Part shown: positions 39,196 through 52,010 of the stretch, piece after piece | Numbering within the stretch: position 1 is the stretch's first letter | Layout: each line of letters opens with the position of its first letter | Assembly (NCBI RefSeq): GCF_036321535.1 | Contig: NC_087437.1 | Coordinates: 116,748,001-116,812,000 of the forward strand | Reading direction: 5' to 3' | Origin: Camelus dromedarius | Taxonomy: Eukaryota | Length of the DNA: 64,000 nucleotides | Notes under the pieces: model-generated | What the model was told of the DNA's origin: nothing | Database searches by the model: none | Seen by the model: only the letters and a program-made list of their open reading frames with translations | Position numbers and translations under genes: made by a program

Positions 39196-41149
39196 TGATA
39201 ACAGGCCACATGGACCCCCCCCGCCCCGCCCCAGAGGAGAGGCAACGTGGGCCTGGATCCTAATTCATGGCTTTTCTCCTTCTCAGCAGAAAAGAAAAGG
39301 CCAAGGGGAAGCAGGGTGGTGGGAACTGGGTACAAAGCCCAGAAACTGGCAGAGGAAGGCCGGGAAGGGGTCGAGGTGGGAAGATGAGGTATTTGGGGGC
39401 ACAGGTTTAGACGCCATCCTCCCGGGTCTTGGGACCTGCCTGCCAGCGCTCCCTTCAGTGGGCACTGTCCCTGGGGGAGTTGAGGGAGGAGAGCCCAGTG
39501 GCAGAGGTTCTGAGGAGGGAGTGGAAGTGTTGTCAGAAGGCCCGCTGACTCCCTGCTCCCAAATTCTGCAGCTGATGTCCGTTTATATGAGAGACTGTGT
39601 CATGTGGGGCAGTGGCGGTCAGCACTGCGTTGGCATTGTTCACATTTCAGAGAGCAAGTCTCCCCTTCCAGATCTCCCTGCGGCGGGGGCGGGTCCGCAG
39701 GAGCCCAGGAACAGGCTCCCTGTGAACCAGCACTTTCAGATGACAGGACTCAGGCCCATGGAGAGCAGGTACGGATTGGGAAGCCAAAACGGTGCCAGGA
39801 ATGGGAGCCGGGTATCCAGAGCTAGCGGGAGCCGCAGGTCTGAGCAAGACGTCCCGGGCGGGCGTGCTCCAGGCCTGAGGTCTCCCTGTCACAGGTGACG
39901 GGCTGGGTCTGAATCACCGGGCCTCAGCCACGCCCCGGGGGGGGGGGGGCCTGCGGAGTCTGACACCCGGTGATCGTCAGCATTTACAGCTCAGACGCCA
40001 GGCTGACACGTCTTCATCTTGTACTTGCTCTGAACAATTGCGGGAACCTCCCAGGAGAGCCTGTGTGTTGCGAGCAGTCCTGCGGTGACATGAAGTGATT
40101 TTAGGATCACGCTGTGTTTGCCGACTGATTCTTCTCTCACCTGTTCTTTTGTTTCCCGGGTTCAGGGTGTCCCTGTCCACTAAGCACGTTGGAATGTGTG
40201 AGTCTGGTCTCCGAGTGGCTGAGTCCAGCTCAGGGCCGGAGCAGCCCTGGGCCTTAGAGAACCCATGGTAGAAAATCCTGGGTGTGTGACCCGCGATGCA
40301 CTGCATCCCAAAGCCAGCCTCCCTCCTTAGGAAAAGTGGCCACGCTTGTCACTCAAGGCCACCTGGGCCTTGCCTTTTATTTGCATCGTGGGCAGGGACG
40401 AGTGTTGTATCCAAATGATCAAGAGTGTCATCTCGCCTTGGCCATCTGTGACTTCAGTCCTTAAGGACTTAGGTGTCAAAAGTACCCCCTTGTGAACATT
40501 TGCCTCTACAGACCCAGACCTGGGCCTCGGGATCTCAGAGTCAGGAAGAAGTGACCACTGACCTTGGCAACACCACTGGTCATCTCCAGTATGAGCCAGG
40601 CCACCCGCGTCGCTGGCCACACATCTGCCCGTGGAAGGAAGCCCAGGGCAACTCTGGTGGAGAAATGCTGACTGTACAGAATTAAATGGTTTTCAGAGCT
40701 GGGGCCAGGAAGCAGCCACTGGGCTCCCCTCCCTCTTCCCAAAGTTCTTAGGGTACAGGAGGCAACCCCGTCAACCAGCCCCACCAAGCCCAGGCCGAGC
40801 CCAGCCCTATACCTGATCTGTCACTGAGGGCACCTGGCTGGTGTTTCGGGAAGAACCCAGCTTTCAAAGTTGACTTCAGATTGCTATGAATCACCCTATC
40901 TGATTCAACTGTGGGCTTGGGTGGACTGAGAGATAGCCGATTGCCTCAGATTCACCTACCATTGCCTCAGCGGGTAATTCACCTCTGGGAGTTTCAGGCA
41001 CTGAAGGGAACAATGTATTTGCATAAATAGTCTACACTCACAGTCCAGGCAGCAGGCCACTCTTTGGCCTTCTCCGTCCTCTCCCCTTCCTTATCTAAGC
41101 ACAGTTCATTGTATCCTATAAACGAAAAGGGTCCTCGAAGTAATGACCT

Positions 41150-41720
41150 GGTCCCCTGCCGCTGCCCCCGATGAGTGGGTGCCCCATCCCAGTCCTCCTC
41201 ACCAGGTGGACTCTCCACGTTTGGGTGACTTTTACTGCCACAGAATTCTTCTTTACCCTGGATAATGATCTGCCCCTCACAATTCCAGCCATCCTCCAGG
41301 TCCATGTGGCAGAAGTCCCTTTGCTTTGTCATGGGATGTTTCTTCACATTTAGTGAATAGTTCTCTGTCTTCCCTCTGCGGACCAAAACCCTGGGCTGTT
41401 TGGTTCCAGAACACTCCACCATCCTCTTCATCCTCCTCCAGGGTTGCTCTTCTTGGAGAATATGGCCGCCACACCAGGGGTGGTCTCACCAGTATCACCT
41501 CCCTTGTTTCAGCCACTATACTCCTATTAATATGATCTAAAATCACATTGGCCTTTTTGGCAGCACAATCCCATGGCGTGAAATGAGATTGATTTAGAGT
41601 CAACTAAAACTCTTTTTGTAAATGGGCACTGTTGGGCCCTCTTCCCCTAGCTGGTAGCTGTCCTGCTGGGTTTCAGAACTAAATGCCACATTTTAGATTT
41701 ATTCCTGTTACATTTCCTCT
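41150..41720 (-). mobile_element. CR1/L3 LINE fragment
   Basis: Minus-strand peptide AAKKANVILDHINRSIVAETREVIL..VRP matches the CR1 RT C-terminal motif (KKANAILGCINRSI..RSREVI). Confidence 0.8.
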
Positions 41721-41959
41721 TTTAAATTGGACCCGTCCTTCCTTCCCTGTCATTCACGGTAATTTTCTGTCATTTGGAAGCCTGGTACGAGCACCTTCTG
41801 CGGCCTGCGCCAGACTGCGATTTAAAAAGCTCTTTCCGTTATGAACGCATCTCATCGTGTCGGCCCGTGGCTTGGCTTTCTCTACCTTTTCCAAAAGGTA
41901 ATGTGTTAATTGCTTTGCTAAAATATCATAAAAGGCCAGAAGAGGTATCAGAGGCCAAG

Positions 41960-42430
41960 GCTTCACTGAGAAGAATTCCGGGTGCGGCCACCCGCCGCCT
42001 CTGTGGGGAGTGACAGCAGCGACCCGCCGGCGCAGATCGGGTGGCCGGAGGAGGAGGGCGAGGACGAGGACGAGGACAGGGCGGCGGGCAGCACTGATAG
42101 GCCCGTTCCTGGGGTGGGAGGGGGGGCCCCAACGAGGTCTGCAGCAATCAGGACGAGACCACGGGGAGCAGCGCTTGGGCGTTGTTTTCAAAAAAATGAA
42201 AAATCCCTGTCAGTTGGAAGCTAATTCCTTTCATGTTGGCCTGACTGATGGGCGTGGGCTGCACGGTGCTGGCAGCCGGCCCGGCGCGGGGGCGGCGTTC
42301 CCGGAACAAAAGTTCAAGGCTGCGCGCACGATCACCTGCGGCGGGATGGCCCTAACCCTGCCCGCCGCCCGGTCCTCCCCGCACCGTCACCCCGGGGACA
42401 CCTAAGTGCCAGGGAGGGGGCGCGCACGCA
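41960..42430. promoter_or_regulatory. CpG-island-like regulatory element
   Basis: Dense CpG and GC content outside any recognisable repeat; GC boxes; STAT-type ttcccggaa at 42298-42306. Confidence 0.55.
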
Positions 42431-42635
42431 CACACACACACACACTATACACAGATACACACACTATACACAGGTACACACACAGGAACACACACCACAC
42501 CCACCACACTCAGGTACACACACACCACACACGCATCACACAGATACACACACCACAGACACAGAGATACTACACCCACACAATACGCACACCACACTTA
42601 TGCAGAGATACGCAAATCACACTGCATACACACAC
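42421..42635. repeat. Degenerate (CA)n low-complexity tract
   Basis: Interrupted cacaca/cagatacaca repeats. Confidence 0.9.
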
Positions 42636-43906
42636 CCCTCTCTCCCTCCCTCCCTGTCTGTCTCTTGGCCCCACCCTGATGTATCCATCAGGAAGGAGAG
42701 GAGCTATCCATTTGCAGCCCTACCCAGCCTCCCAGAAAAGAAAAGGAGGGAAAACACAAAGACCTGCACTCTCCACCAGGACCCGCACAGGAGGGCCTGT
42801 CATTCTCAGCATAATGAGAACCAGCTTCTCTGGCACTTGGGGTCTTCAAAAAACATCACAAACATTCACTCCTGAAGCCCCCACCCTGCCCCACCCAGTG
42901 ACATTGGTGACAAGCCCATGACAGGCCAGCAGCCCGGGCTCTCTCTCGAGATGGGGGCAGAGGAGGTCAGCAGGCCAGTAAGGAAGGGTGAAGAAAGGTG
43001 GCTGTGATGTGAGGTCACTTCTGGAGACAGCCCACCCTCACCGGGCACGGTCTGTTGGCCTCTCACCCATCGTCACCCGGGGAGCCAGGTGCAGGGAGCC
43101 CGGCCGGCCGCAGGCAGCGGGAGGACGGGGACCCCACTGCCAGTGTCCGCCGGGCCGGGGTGGCGGCCGCCTCTGCTCACTTCTCCCGGTGCTGGCAAAG
43201 CCAGGGCTCCCCGAGGCCTTGGAGTTAGTTCAGCCACTTGTCACTTATGGGAGTGATTCATGATGATGTGTCCACAGCCCTCACTCCCCGGCCGGGGCCT
43301 CCCGGGCCTCGCGCTGAGGAACCTTTCCATGTCCGAGAACCAGCTCACGCTCGGCGTGAGCTCACCAGTGGGGAGAGGCCTGTGATGCCGGTGGGATGGG
43401 AAAGGCAATTTTTCTCGAGTGAAAGGACTTCAGAGACCTGTATTCCCAGGTGGTTTATTACTTTTTTTTCTGGAAAGCGAATGCCAAGCAGCTCTCTTCC
43501 CCAGCTCAAACCCCTATTTAGAAGCCGGCACCCTTCCTCTCTCAGGGAGGCCTGGTCCTTAGAACTGGAAAGACATGCCAAGTTCATTGTCTCCCCGTGG
43601 AGAAGAACATGACTGGGTGGAGGCAGCTTCCTGGGACCCCGTCACTCTCAGCTCCACGCAGCTAAAAAGAAGTTTAAAACAGGAACCATCCAACTTGAAG
43701 CCAAGGGCAACACAAACAAGACTGGCTCCTTTATTCATCGCTTGGGCTAGCTGCTTGTCCTAGCGATCATTTGAGCACATTAAGTGAAGCACAGAAAAAT
43801 ACACTCACCTCTTTTTTTAAAAGGTATTAGGAGAAGATCAAGAAATCTGAAGCCAAAATGAGACATAGCAACAGAAGCAGCGAGACACAGCCTACAGAAC
43901 AGCTTT

Positions 43907-44015
43907 GGGGGAGTGGGTGGAGTAGAGCTCAGTGGTAAGAGTGCTGGCTTAGCATGCACGAGGTCCTGGGTTCAAGCCCCAGTGTCTCCATTAAAAAGAA
44001 TTAAAACCAAAAAGA
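43907..44015 (+). mobile_element. tRNA-derived SINE (Vic-1-like)
   Basis: gtagagctcagtggtaagagtgctggcttagcatgcacgaggtcctgggttcaagccccag plus A-rich tail. Confidence 0.88.
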
Positions 44016-44329
44016 ATTTCAGAAAAGAGAATGAGAATTACGCAGGACTGTATTCGGAGCCCTTCACTGGGAATCATACCTGTCTTCATTTTTCGTTAAC
44101 TGGGATTATTAACTAACCCAATTCTCTAAATGCCCAGGAGCTCCAGGTGCCCCTCCCAGGACACAGTTTACCAGGTGCGTTGTATTTTTGTCAAAGTGAC
44201 TTGAAATTCTGTCTTGGATGGGCCTAGATGCACTCTTGATGGGTGCAGTGTGCACGCATTATCTGCACAACCAGGTCAGTTTCTCATGTTCTTGTGTGAA
44301 GGTGTGTGTTGGATGGCCGGAATCAGTGG

Positions 44330-44510
44330 CAGCTGGTTATCGTATCAAGAGTTCAAATGCTACCTCTGCCATTTACCCACTAATTAACCCTGTCCAGATT
44401 TGGCTTCCTCATCTTTAAACAAATGATGGTAAGAGTGCCTCCCTGGTAGGCTGTTGTAAAGATTAAATGAGAGGTTGCCTGCAAAATTCTGGCTTAGAGT
44501 AGGTACTTCT
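44330..44510 (+). mobile_element. MIR SINE
   Basis: gagttcaaatgctacctctgccatttac...cttcctcatctttaaacaaatg...ggctgttgtaaagattaaatgag. Confidence 0.75.
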
Positions 44511-44564
44511 CTGCCCTTGGGTTTTTTTTTTCCATAATAACTTTTATGCCCCTTAGAAAAATCA

Positions 44565-45350
44565 AATGATGACAGATTGGTTCTAAAGTGTATATGGAGA
44601 GGAAAAAGGCCCAACATTGCAGGAAGAGTTGGAGGATGAATGCTACCTGACTTCAAGACTTACTGTAAAGCTGCAGGCATCGAGGCAATGTGGCATCAGA
44701 GAAAGAAAAAACAAGCAGATCAATAGAACAGAACACAGAGCCCGGAAATAGACCCACATAATATAGTCAACTAATCATTGACAAAAGGAACAAAGAAAAC
44801 ACAATGGGACAGAGACAGTTCTTTCAACAAATGCTGGGGAACAACCGGACCTCCACACGCAGAGGAATCTAGATGTAGACCTCACACCGTTCACAAAAAT
44901 TACTTCAGAATAGATGGTAGGCCTAAATGTGAAACACAGAACTGTGAAACCCCTGGAAGAAAACGTCAGAGAAAATCTTGATGATCTTGGATACAGCGAT
45001 GACTTTTTAGATGCAACGCCAAAGGCACGATTGCCAAAAGGAATCATCAAGAAACTGGATTTCACTGAAGTTAAAGACTTCCGTTATGTGAAAGATGATG
45101 TCAAAATAAAGAGAAGACAAGCCACAGACTGGGAGGAGACATGCCAAGACACATCTGATAAAGACCGTTATCCAAAATACACACGTACTCAAAACCTCAA
45201 CAGTAAGAAAGCCAACCTCCCATGGAATCATGAGCCAAAGACCTTCACAGACACGTCACCAAAGAAGAGATACAGAGAGCAAGGAAGCACAGGAAACTGC
45301 AGCATCTCCTATCACACCAGAGACATGCAAATCAGAATAATGAGATACCG
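44565..45350 (+). mobile_element. L1 ORF2 fragment (L1M)
   Basis: Peptides WDRDSSFNKCWG and GLNVKHRTVKPLEENVRENLDDLGYSDDFLDATPKA. Confidence 0.85.
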
Positions 45351-46498
45351 TGATGATTCCATTCTTTTATTTCCTGGGGCTGACCAAGGGAACGCCTGTA
45401 AGGGTACTGAAATTTGTCGTTTTGTTTTCCAGCTCTTTTAGTTAGAAACTGGGATCAATCAAAGAAAAAAGAGGGGGCAGGAAGGAAGAGGAAAGCAAAG
45501 GGAGAAGAGTGGGGGGAGATGAGGTCATGTTAACCACACAAACAAGACTCCTTAAAAGGGAGCGGCCCCAGTGGCATCCTCTCCTGTGGATCCACATGTG
45601 AATCAGAAAGAAGTAAGAGGCTTTCCCATAAGAGGCTAAATAAAAGACGCAACTTCTTAAAAAAAAAAAAAAAAAGGCTTTCCCCGCTTTGTGCTCCATC
45701 ACCAGAGGCGTCTGAGGGCACCTCCCACAACACAGGCCGTGGCCTGTGGCACCCATTTATGGAGGCTTTCTTTGTCTTGAACAGTACACTCAGTAAATAC
45801 TCCTAGAATTAAAAATACGTAAAAGACCTGAAAAGTTTGGGGAAATAAATAAATAAAGCACACAATAAAAAAGGAAATGCATTATACATCGTCAGAACTA
45901 GCCCCGTAAATATTTGTGGAATGAAGGCCTTCTCGGCAACTAATGGTATCTTTGAACACTGTATGTTCTGCTTTACCAGAGGTTGGCCGCAAACCGGTCA
46001 CGCTGTTTTAGCTTCCCGTGTCACCTGCTCGCTGGGATTTACAGTGCCTCTTTCAGACGACTTGCATCACAGCCGTCTGCTGAAACGGTATATTCTAAGC
46101 CTTTCCAAATGCTCTAAGCCAGGAAATTCTGAAGAGAAGTAGAAATAGTGGTGTGTGTTAACTTCTTCGGCGGGGGGGGGGGGGGACACTGACTTCTAAA
46201 GAGGGAGCAAGTGAGCACTGATGTGGGTTTCGAAGCCAGCTTGGTACCTGGGGTGGGGGAGGGGTGGGAGGCGGTGGGGGCAGGGGGAGGCGGGGGGGGC
46301 AGGGAGAGCAGGGGGAGGCGAGGAGTGGGAGGGGAGGAAGGTCAGGACACTAATATCTTTATCTTTCAAAGTGAGGGCCAAAGAGACACTGTTGAAGAGG
46401 CAACAAGTCCATTATTTTAACTTACAAAGTCAATCAGTTGAGAAACCCAAATTGTGTAATAATTATATTGGCGGGAGGGAAGAAGAGGAGAAGGGAAG

Positions 46499-47093
46499 TG
46501 GGAGGAAAGGGGCAGGGCACAAGCACTGAAGGACTGACATAGCCATAGAGGGCAGGACACAGCGGTTAGAACCAAGATGGCACAAGTTCTGGCTTCCAGA
46601 GGACATTGAGCCTCACGGCACACCCACGGGCGCCAGGACAGTCCCCAGGCTGACCAGAAAAGGTCAAAAAGTGGGTTGGGGGGGCGCTTCCTGGAAATCC
46701 TCACCCCTTCCTCAAGGTGGTTGGAGTAATCCTCCTGCACGTCAGCATGTGAAATTGCCCAGCCCATAAAACCTGACAACCCCGCGCCCCGCGGTCGCTG
46801 TCACTCTGTCACGCTCACCTTCTGAGACGGCCCGTACTCTGTCTATGGAGGGTGTATCTGCTTTTACTCTAAGCGCCCCGCACCTCTCGGCTTCTCTCCC
46901 TCTCAGCTTTCTGAGATGGCCCACATTCTGCCGATGGAGGGTGCGTCTCCTAAGCCATCCTCCCTTCTGAATTACACAGACCTGGCTCTGGCCATGGAGT
47001 GTGTATCTCTCTAAATAACCTTACTTTCACTTTACCACGCCTTGCTCTTGAACTCTTTCCTGGGTGAGGCAAGAACCTATTCTTCCCCCAACA
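46499..47093 (+). mobile_element. ERV1-class solo LTR
   Basis: TG...CA termini, perfect 4-bp TSD gaag (46495-46498, 47094-47097), TATA-like cataaaa ~46766, three internal ~50-bp repeats. Confidence 0.85.
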
Positions 47094-48682
47094 GAAGGAC
47101 ATATTTATCTCCCATGACAAGAAGTCTACAGACATTGCCAAAAATGGGTCTTGGTGAGCGGTGTACAGATTTTACTTCACAACCTGCCAGTGATGACCAT
47201 AAAGACTAGAAACAAAATTAGTTGACACTGTCATTTAAGATGGTTATTTCTATGGCTCTAGACCACGATGGAGAGAGTAGGGCAGGGAACGCTCGTCTTC
47301 TAAAAGAATCTTTTCTATGCTGGTTGATTTTTGTCCCCCAGCCGTGTCTTACTTAGGAAAGAAAGCGATGATTTTTGTTTGAAGAGCCCTTTGCCCCCCA
47401 CCCGCACTGTGCTGCTGTCAGCCTCTCTGGCTGGGGGGCCCGTGACAGTTCATCCCAAAAAGCTCCCGTGTGAGCCCGTGAGCTGCCATTTGGCCTCCTC
47501 ACCACCAGAGAACATTGCAACAGAAATGAACAAATGGATAAATAATGAAAGAAAAATCTGTCTTTATTCACATAAAATGTCAACACTAAACTGGTTGCTC
47601 CAGGATTAATGCAGTCATGACATCACTTCTCTGTGACTCTCTTCCTCCTGCACCCCCTCTATTTTTTAAACCTCTTCTAATCTTTAAAATAAGAAATTAA
47701 AACACTGAAAGATGCATAATATACAAATCATTTCCTAAATTGTCCTTGGCCTGCACCATCACCTTGGGGTGGTTAGTGGACCCCATAGGCATCTGCACCA
47801 GGGACAGATGCCTCAACCTACAGAACCTTCCAGCAAAGCTCCATCTTTTCAAGACGCAAATCAAGGTCTCCAACAGAGAAGGCCGAGACAAACAAAAACA
47901 ACAATAAAAAAACAGCTTCTGGTTTTCAACCTAGCTCAAAGAGCCTTTGTCAAAGCAAATCAAAGCTCTCCCGGTGGCCAGCTCATTATGTTTAATCATC
48001 AACGACGCTTATCAGATCTTGATGTGTAATTCCCTTGAAGAAAAAAGGTGCAAAAAGAATGCTTTTGTGTTTTGGAGATTGATCTCAAAGCATGCCTTGA
48101 GGTCACCTGCAGAGATGCTTTGGGCGGAAACTATAAACAGGGAACAAAATGTAGATTTGATTTCACAAAGTTGGGCAGAACTCCCGGGATGTAGACTCAC
48201 CACTGGAATCTAACCACGGCCCAAACACCTGTCTGCACATTCTTTGTCTTTGGCGGGGAAGGCGGATAGCACCACGCGGGCTGGGGTCTGCCCTCACCCC
48301 TCTGGAGGTGTTCCTGCATCTTGATACCTGGGCTGAGGCCACAGGAGACGCATCAGTTTTACCTGCTAGAAGCAAACACTCACCTTGCTGTCCAAGACCC
48401 TGGAAAAGGGGATCCCTTGGATGGTCGGTTTTGGCTTTTCTTGTCCAGTTCTTCACTAGAGATTCTGGGTCTTTAGGTGGCATTTGACTCAATCAAGGTG
48501 ACCAGCACTCGATCCATGGTTCCAACTCCAATATTGTCTCCCGGGGAGAGCAAGCAAGAAGATCCACCTGTGGGTGGACAATGATAAGAATAATAATAAA
48601 CTTTATTGTTAACAGTGCAACCTGCAGTAAGTTGGGTTGATTTGCTGGTACCCCAAAGCCAGCCATAGTATGGTGTCTGATT

Positions 48683-49510
48683 AAAAAGTCCAGACAAACA
48701 ATAAATGCTGGAGAGGGTGTGGAGAAAAGGGAACCCCCCTACACTGCTGGTGGGAAGGTAGTTTGGTGCAGTCATTATGGAAAACAGTATGAAGTTTCCT
48801 CAGAACTAAAAATACTTACCCTATGACCTAGCAGTCCCACTCCTGGGCATATATCTGGAGGAACTCTAATTCAGAAAGATACATGCACCCCAATATTCAT
48901 AGCAGCACTATATACAATAGCCAAGACATGGAAGCAACTTTTATGCCCATCAAGAGATGACTGGATAAAGAAGTTGTGGTATATATATATATAACAGAAT
49001 ACTACTCAGCCATAAAGAAGAATAAAATAATGCCATTTGCAGCAACATGGATGGACCTGGAGATCGTCATTCTAAGTGAAGTCAGCCAGAAAGAGAAAGA
49101 GAAATACCATGTATCACTTAATATGTGGAATCCTAAAAAAAAAAAAAAAAAAAGAGGACACTAATGAATTCATCTACAAAACAGAAACAGACTCACAGAC
49201 ATAATAAACAATCCAATGGTCATCAGGGGAAAGGGGGTGAGAAGGGATAAATTTGGGTGTTTGAGATTTGTAGATGTTAACCACTATATATAAAAATAGA
49301 TGAAAACAAATTTCTTCTGTATAACACAGGAGACTATATTCAATATCTTGTAATAACCTTTAATGAAAAAGTGTATGAAAATGGGTATATGTATGTATAT
49401 GCATGACTGGGACATGGTGCTGTACACCAGAAATTGACACACTGTAACTGACTATAGTTCAATAAAAAAACAAAAAACAAAACAAAACAACAACAACAAA
49501 AACCCCAAAC
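48683..49510 (+). mobile_element. Young L1 3' end (L1_Vpa-like)
   Basis: EYYSAIKKNKIMPFAATWMDLEIVILSEVSQKEKEKYH, 3'UTR and A-rich tail. Confidence 0.92.
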
Positions 49511-50008
49511 AACCCAGTAGGCAAAGAATAAAGCAAAGAGCAAACGAAGTCTCTGGAAAGGCCAAAGAAAGATTCCGTCTCAACACACAGTGACAGCCCT
49601 TCCTACCTTCCTTCTCCATTTTTCTCTCTTTATCTAATATTCAGACTCTTTGAGACGCTCTCTCTCCTGCCCAAAGGCTGTTCCTCTCTCCCAGGACATC
49701 CTCATTGCTCTCCCCCTGCCTTTTTTGTGCAAGCAGTGGTTCCCAAACCTTTCCACTGGACATCCCACAATGTTCCCCCTTTCCCTCTCTTTTCCTTTCC
49801 CTGTACCAAAAAATCAAGACTAAGCTGGCATTCCAAAAGGGGGGGGGGGGAGGGACACTGGTAGTGGGTTGGGAAAGAGAGTCTAAGATTACTGGTGCCT
49901 TTAACATATGGTCCCTGAAGCACTACTGAGGCTTTGTCAGTGACCTACTATGTGTTGGACACAGTGTTAAATGACTGAATTTAACAGGTATCTAAATTGG
50001 GTTTTTCT

Positions 50009-50145
50009 ATTATTATTTTTTTTTTTAGGGGAAGGTTATTAGGTTTACTTATTTATTTGTTTATTTTTAATGGCGGTGTTAAAGGGCTACCCAGGACCTC
50101 ATGCATGCTAAGTACATACTCTGCCAGTGAGTTCTACCCTCCCCC
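50009..50145 (-). mobile_element. tRNA-derived SINE (Vic-1-like)
   Basis: cccaggacctcatgcatgctaag...ctaccctcccccc; 17-bp TSD ctaaattggg(t/g)ttttct starting at 49992 and 50146. Confidence 0.88.
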
Positions 50146-51619
50146 CTAAATTGGGGTTTTCTTAAGTGCTTTCTGAAGACACTGTTCCAGGGAGGTGTCC
50201 CTTGGTAATAGGGTTTGATGATTAAATAATTTAGAAAATGTGTTATCTCTTAGGGGTCTCCTGAAGAGTCCCAAAGCACATTAAATTTCTGCTAATTCCT
50301 CCAGTAAACATGCGTATTTGTCATTCGTGAACCCAGGATTTCCCTACTTTACTTGCTCACTAATAAAGGCAAAGATCATGGACAAAGAAGGCGTTACTGT
50401 CAGCACACACAGGGCCCACACAGATCTGGAAAGTGGAAGTCACCAAAGCACACTTGCTCTGTGGTTTGCAGGTTCTGGACGACCTGGTGCGCATCCACCC
50501 TGATATACTGGGTTGTTTGCACTGGTGTAGAGACAGGTTTGTTTATTTTTGACAGAGAAGTTTGGTCCCCTAGGCCTAGGGGCTGGGTAAGGGCGCACCT
50601 ATAAGACAGTCCAGCGATGGCTTAAACACAAGACAACAACCCAAGATGGCACCCAGAGGTCCTGATGGGAGAAGGAGCCCCTGCAAACGCACTGGGGAAG
50701 GAAAAGGGGCGGGTGCCTCGGAGACCAGGATGTCAGACCCCAGCCTGGCAGCTGACACTGGCTCACACGGCGGCATACATGAGGTAATTGCACGGCAACA
50801 CACTGAAGCCCTGCATTTAAGCTCGCTCAGTCTTTGGCTGCAAACTAGAAACAGAAAAATCAGTAAATCAACTTGGTGCTCCCAGAGGGGATCTATTTTC
50901 AAAAATGGTGATGGCTTTTCAAACCCCCAGCTCCTTCCCAGTCCTTTCTCCTAATCCCCTTCTCCACCAGCCGTTCCCCCCGCCCAGCACCACGCTTTCT
51001 TAAATCAAAGGGAGACAGCACCATCCCCAAGACAGGGAAGAGGGCTGGCGAGCCTGAACCCTGAACTGAGTCCCTTCGGCAGGAGGCAGCCCCTAGTTTC
51101 TGGCATCGGGGCTGTTATTTCAAAGAGCTGCTTTGAGATCTGGGGCTCCAGGCATTTTGTTACTTTGCTGTTTGCTTTTGGAGCTTCTTAAAACAAACCT
51201 CAAAGAAGAGAAAACTCCTGTCTGAAACACATTCCTTTTAGAATCCAAGGAATGACTCACAGAGGCTGTTTGGCATCTGTGTTCCCTGTTGAGTTAATAT
51301 GATTAGACTCATAAATTCTATTTTTGAAACAGAGACTCTGTACCCTGAATATTCTTCTAGAACAAAAAAAAATGAGGAGAAAAATGATATCCCTGTTTAC
51401 ATATTTGCTGGTACCTAAATCCGTGCTATTTGCCCACTTACTTATGTCTTCATGGTTTATTTTTTTCCATTGGATAAAAGAGATTGGGCAATATATTCAG
51501 TTAAGTTGCATAATGCCCTTTAGAATGTCAGGTCCGTGAGCAAGCTTTAAGAAAAGTTTTCTTTTCTTTTCTTTCTTTCTTTTTTTTTTTTTTGATGAAA
51601 AGTTCTGTTTTCACCAGAT

Positions 51620-52010
51620 TGACAGGTGAATTAATAAGCAAAATGTGGTGTATACAATGGAATATTTATTCAGTCTTAAAAAGGAGTGAAATTCTGACAC
51701 ATGCTACGACATGGGTGAAACTTGAAGACATGATGTAAATGAAATCCTGTATAATTCCTCTAATTTGAGGTCCCTGGAGCAGTCAAATTCATAGAGACAG
51801 AAAGCAGAAGGGCGGTTTCCAGGGGCTATGGGGAGGGGACACGGGGATTGAGTGTTTAAGGGGTAGGCAGTTGGAGTTGGGGAAGAGGAAAAAGTCCTGG
51901 AGATGGATGTCATCACGATTGTATGACAATGTGAATGTACTTAATGTGACTGAACTGGACACTTAAAAATGGTTAAAATGGTACATTTTGTTATGAGGAT
52001 TTTACCGCAC
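51620..52010 (+). mobile_element. L1MB-like 3'UTR
   Basis: aaaatgtggtgtatacaatggaatatttattcagtcttaaaaagg...gaatgtacttaatgtgactgaactggacacttaaaaatggttaaaatgg. Confidence 0.85.

Noticed and set aside
39140..39898. 252-aa ORF
   Set aside because: Non-ATG start inside a MER81-like fragment, low-complexity G/P/R content, no recognisable domain or exon structure.
42406..42921. 171-aa His/Thr-rich ORF
   Set aside because: Artefact of the (CA)n tract.
44914..45441. 175-aa ORF
   Set aside because: Degenerate L1 ORF2 fragment.
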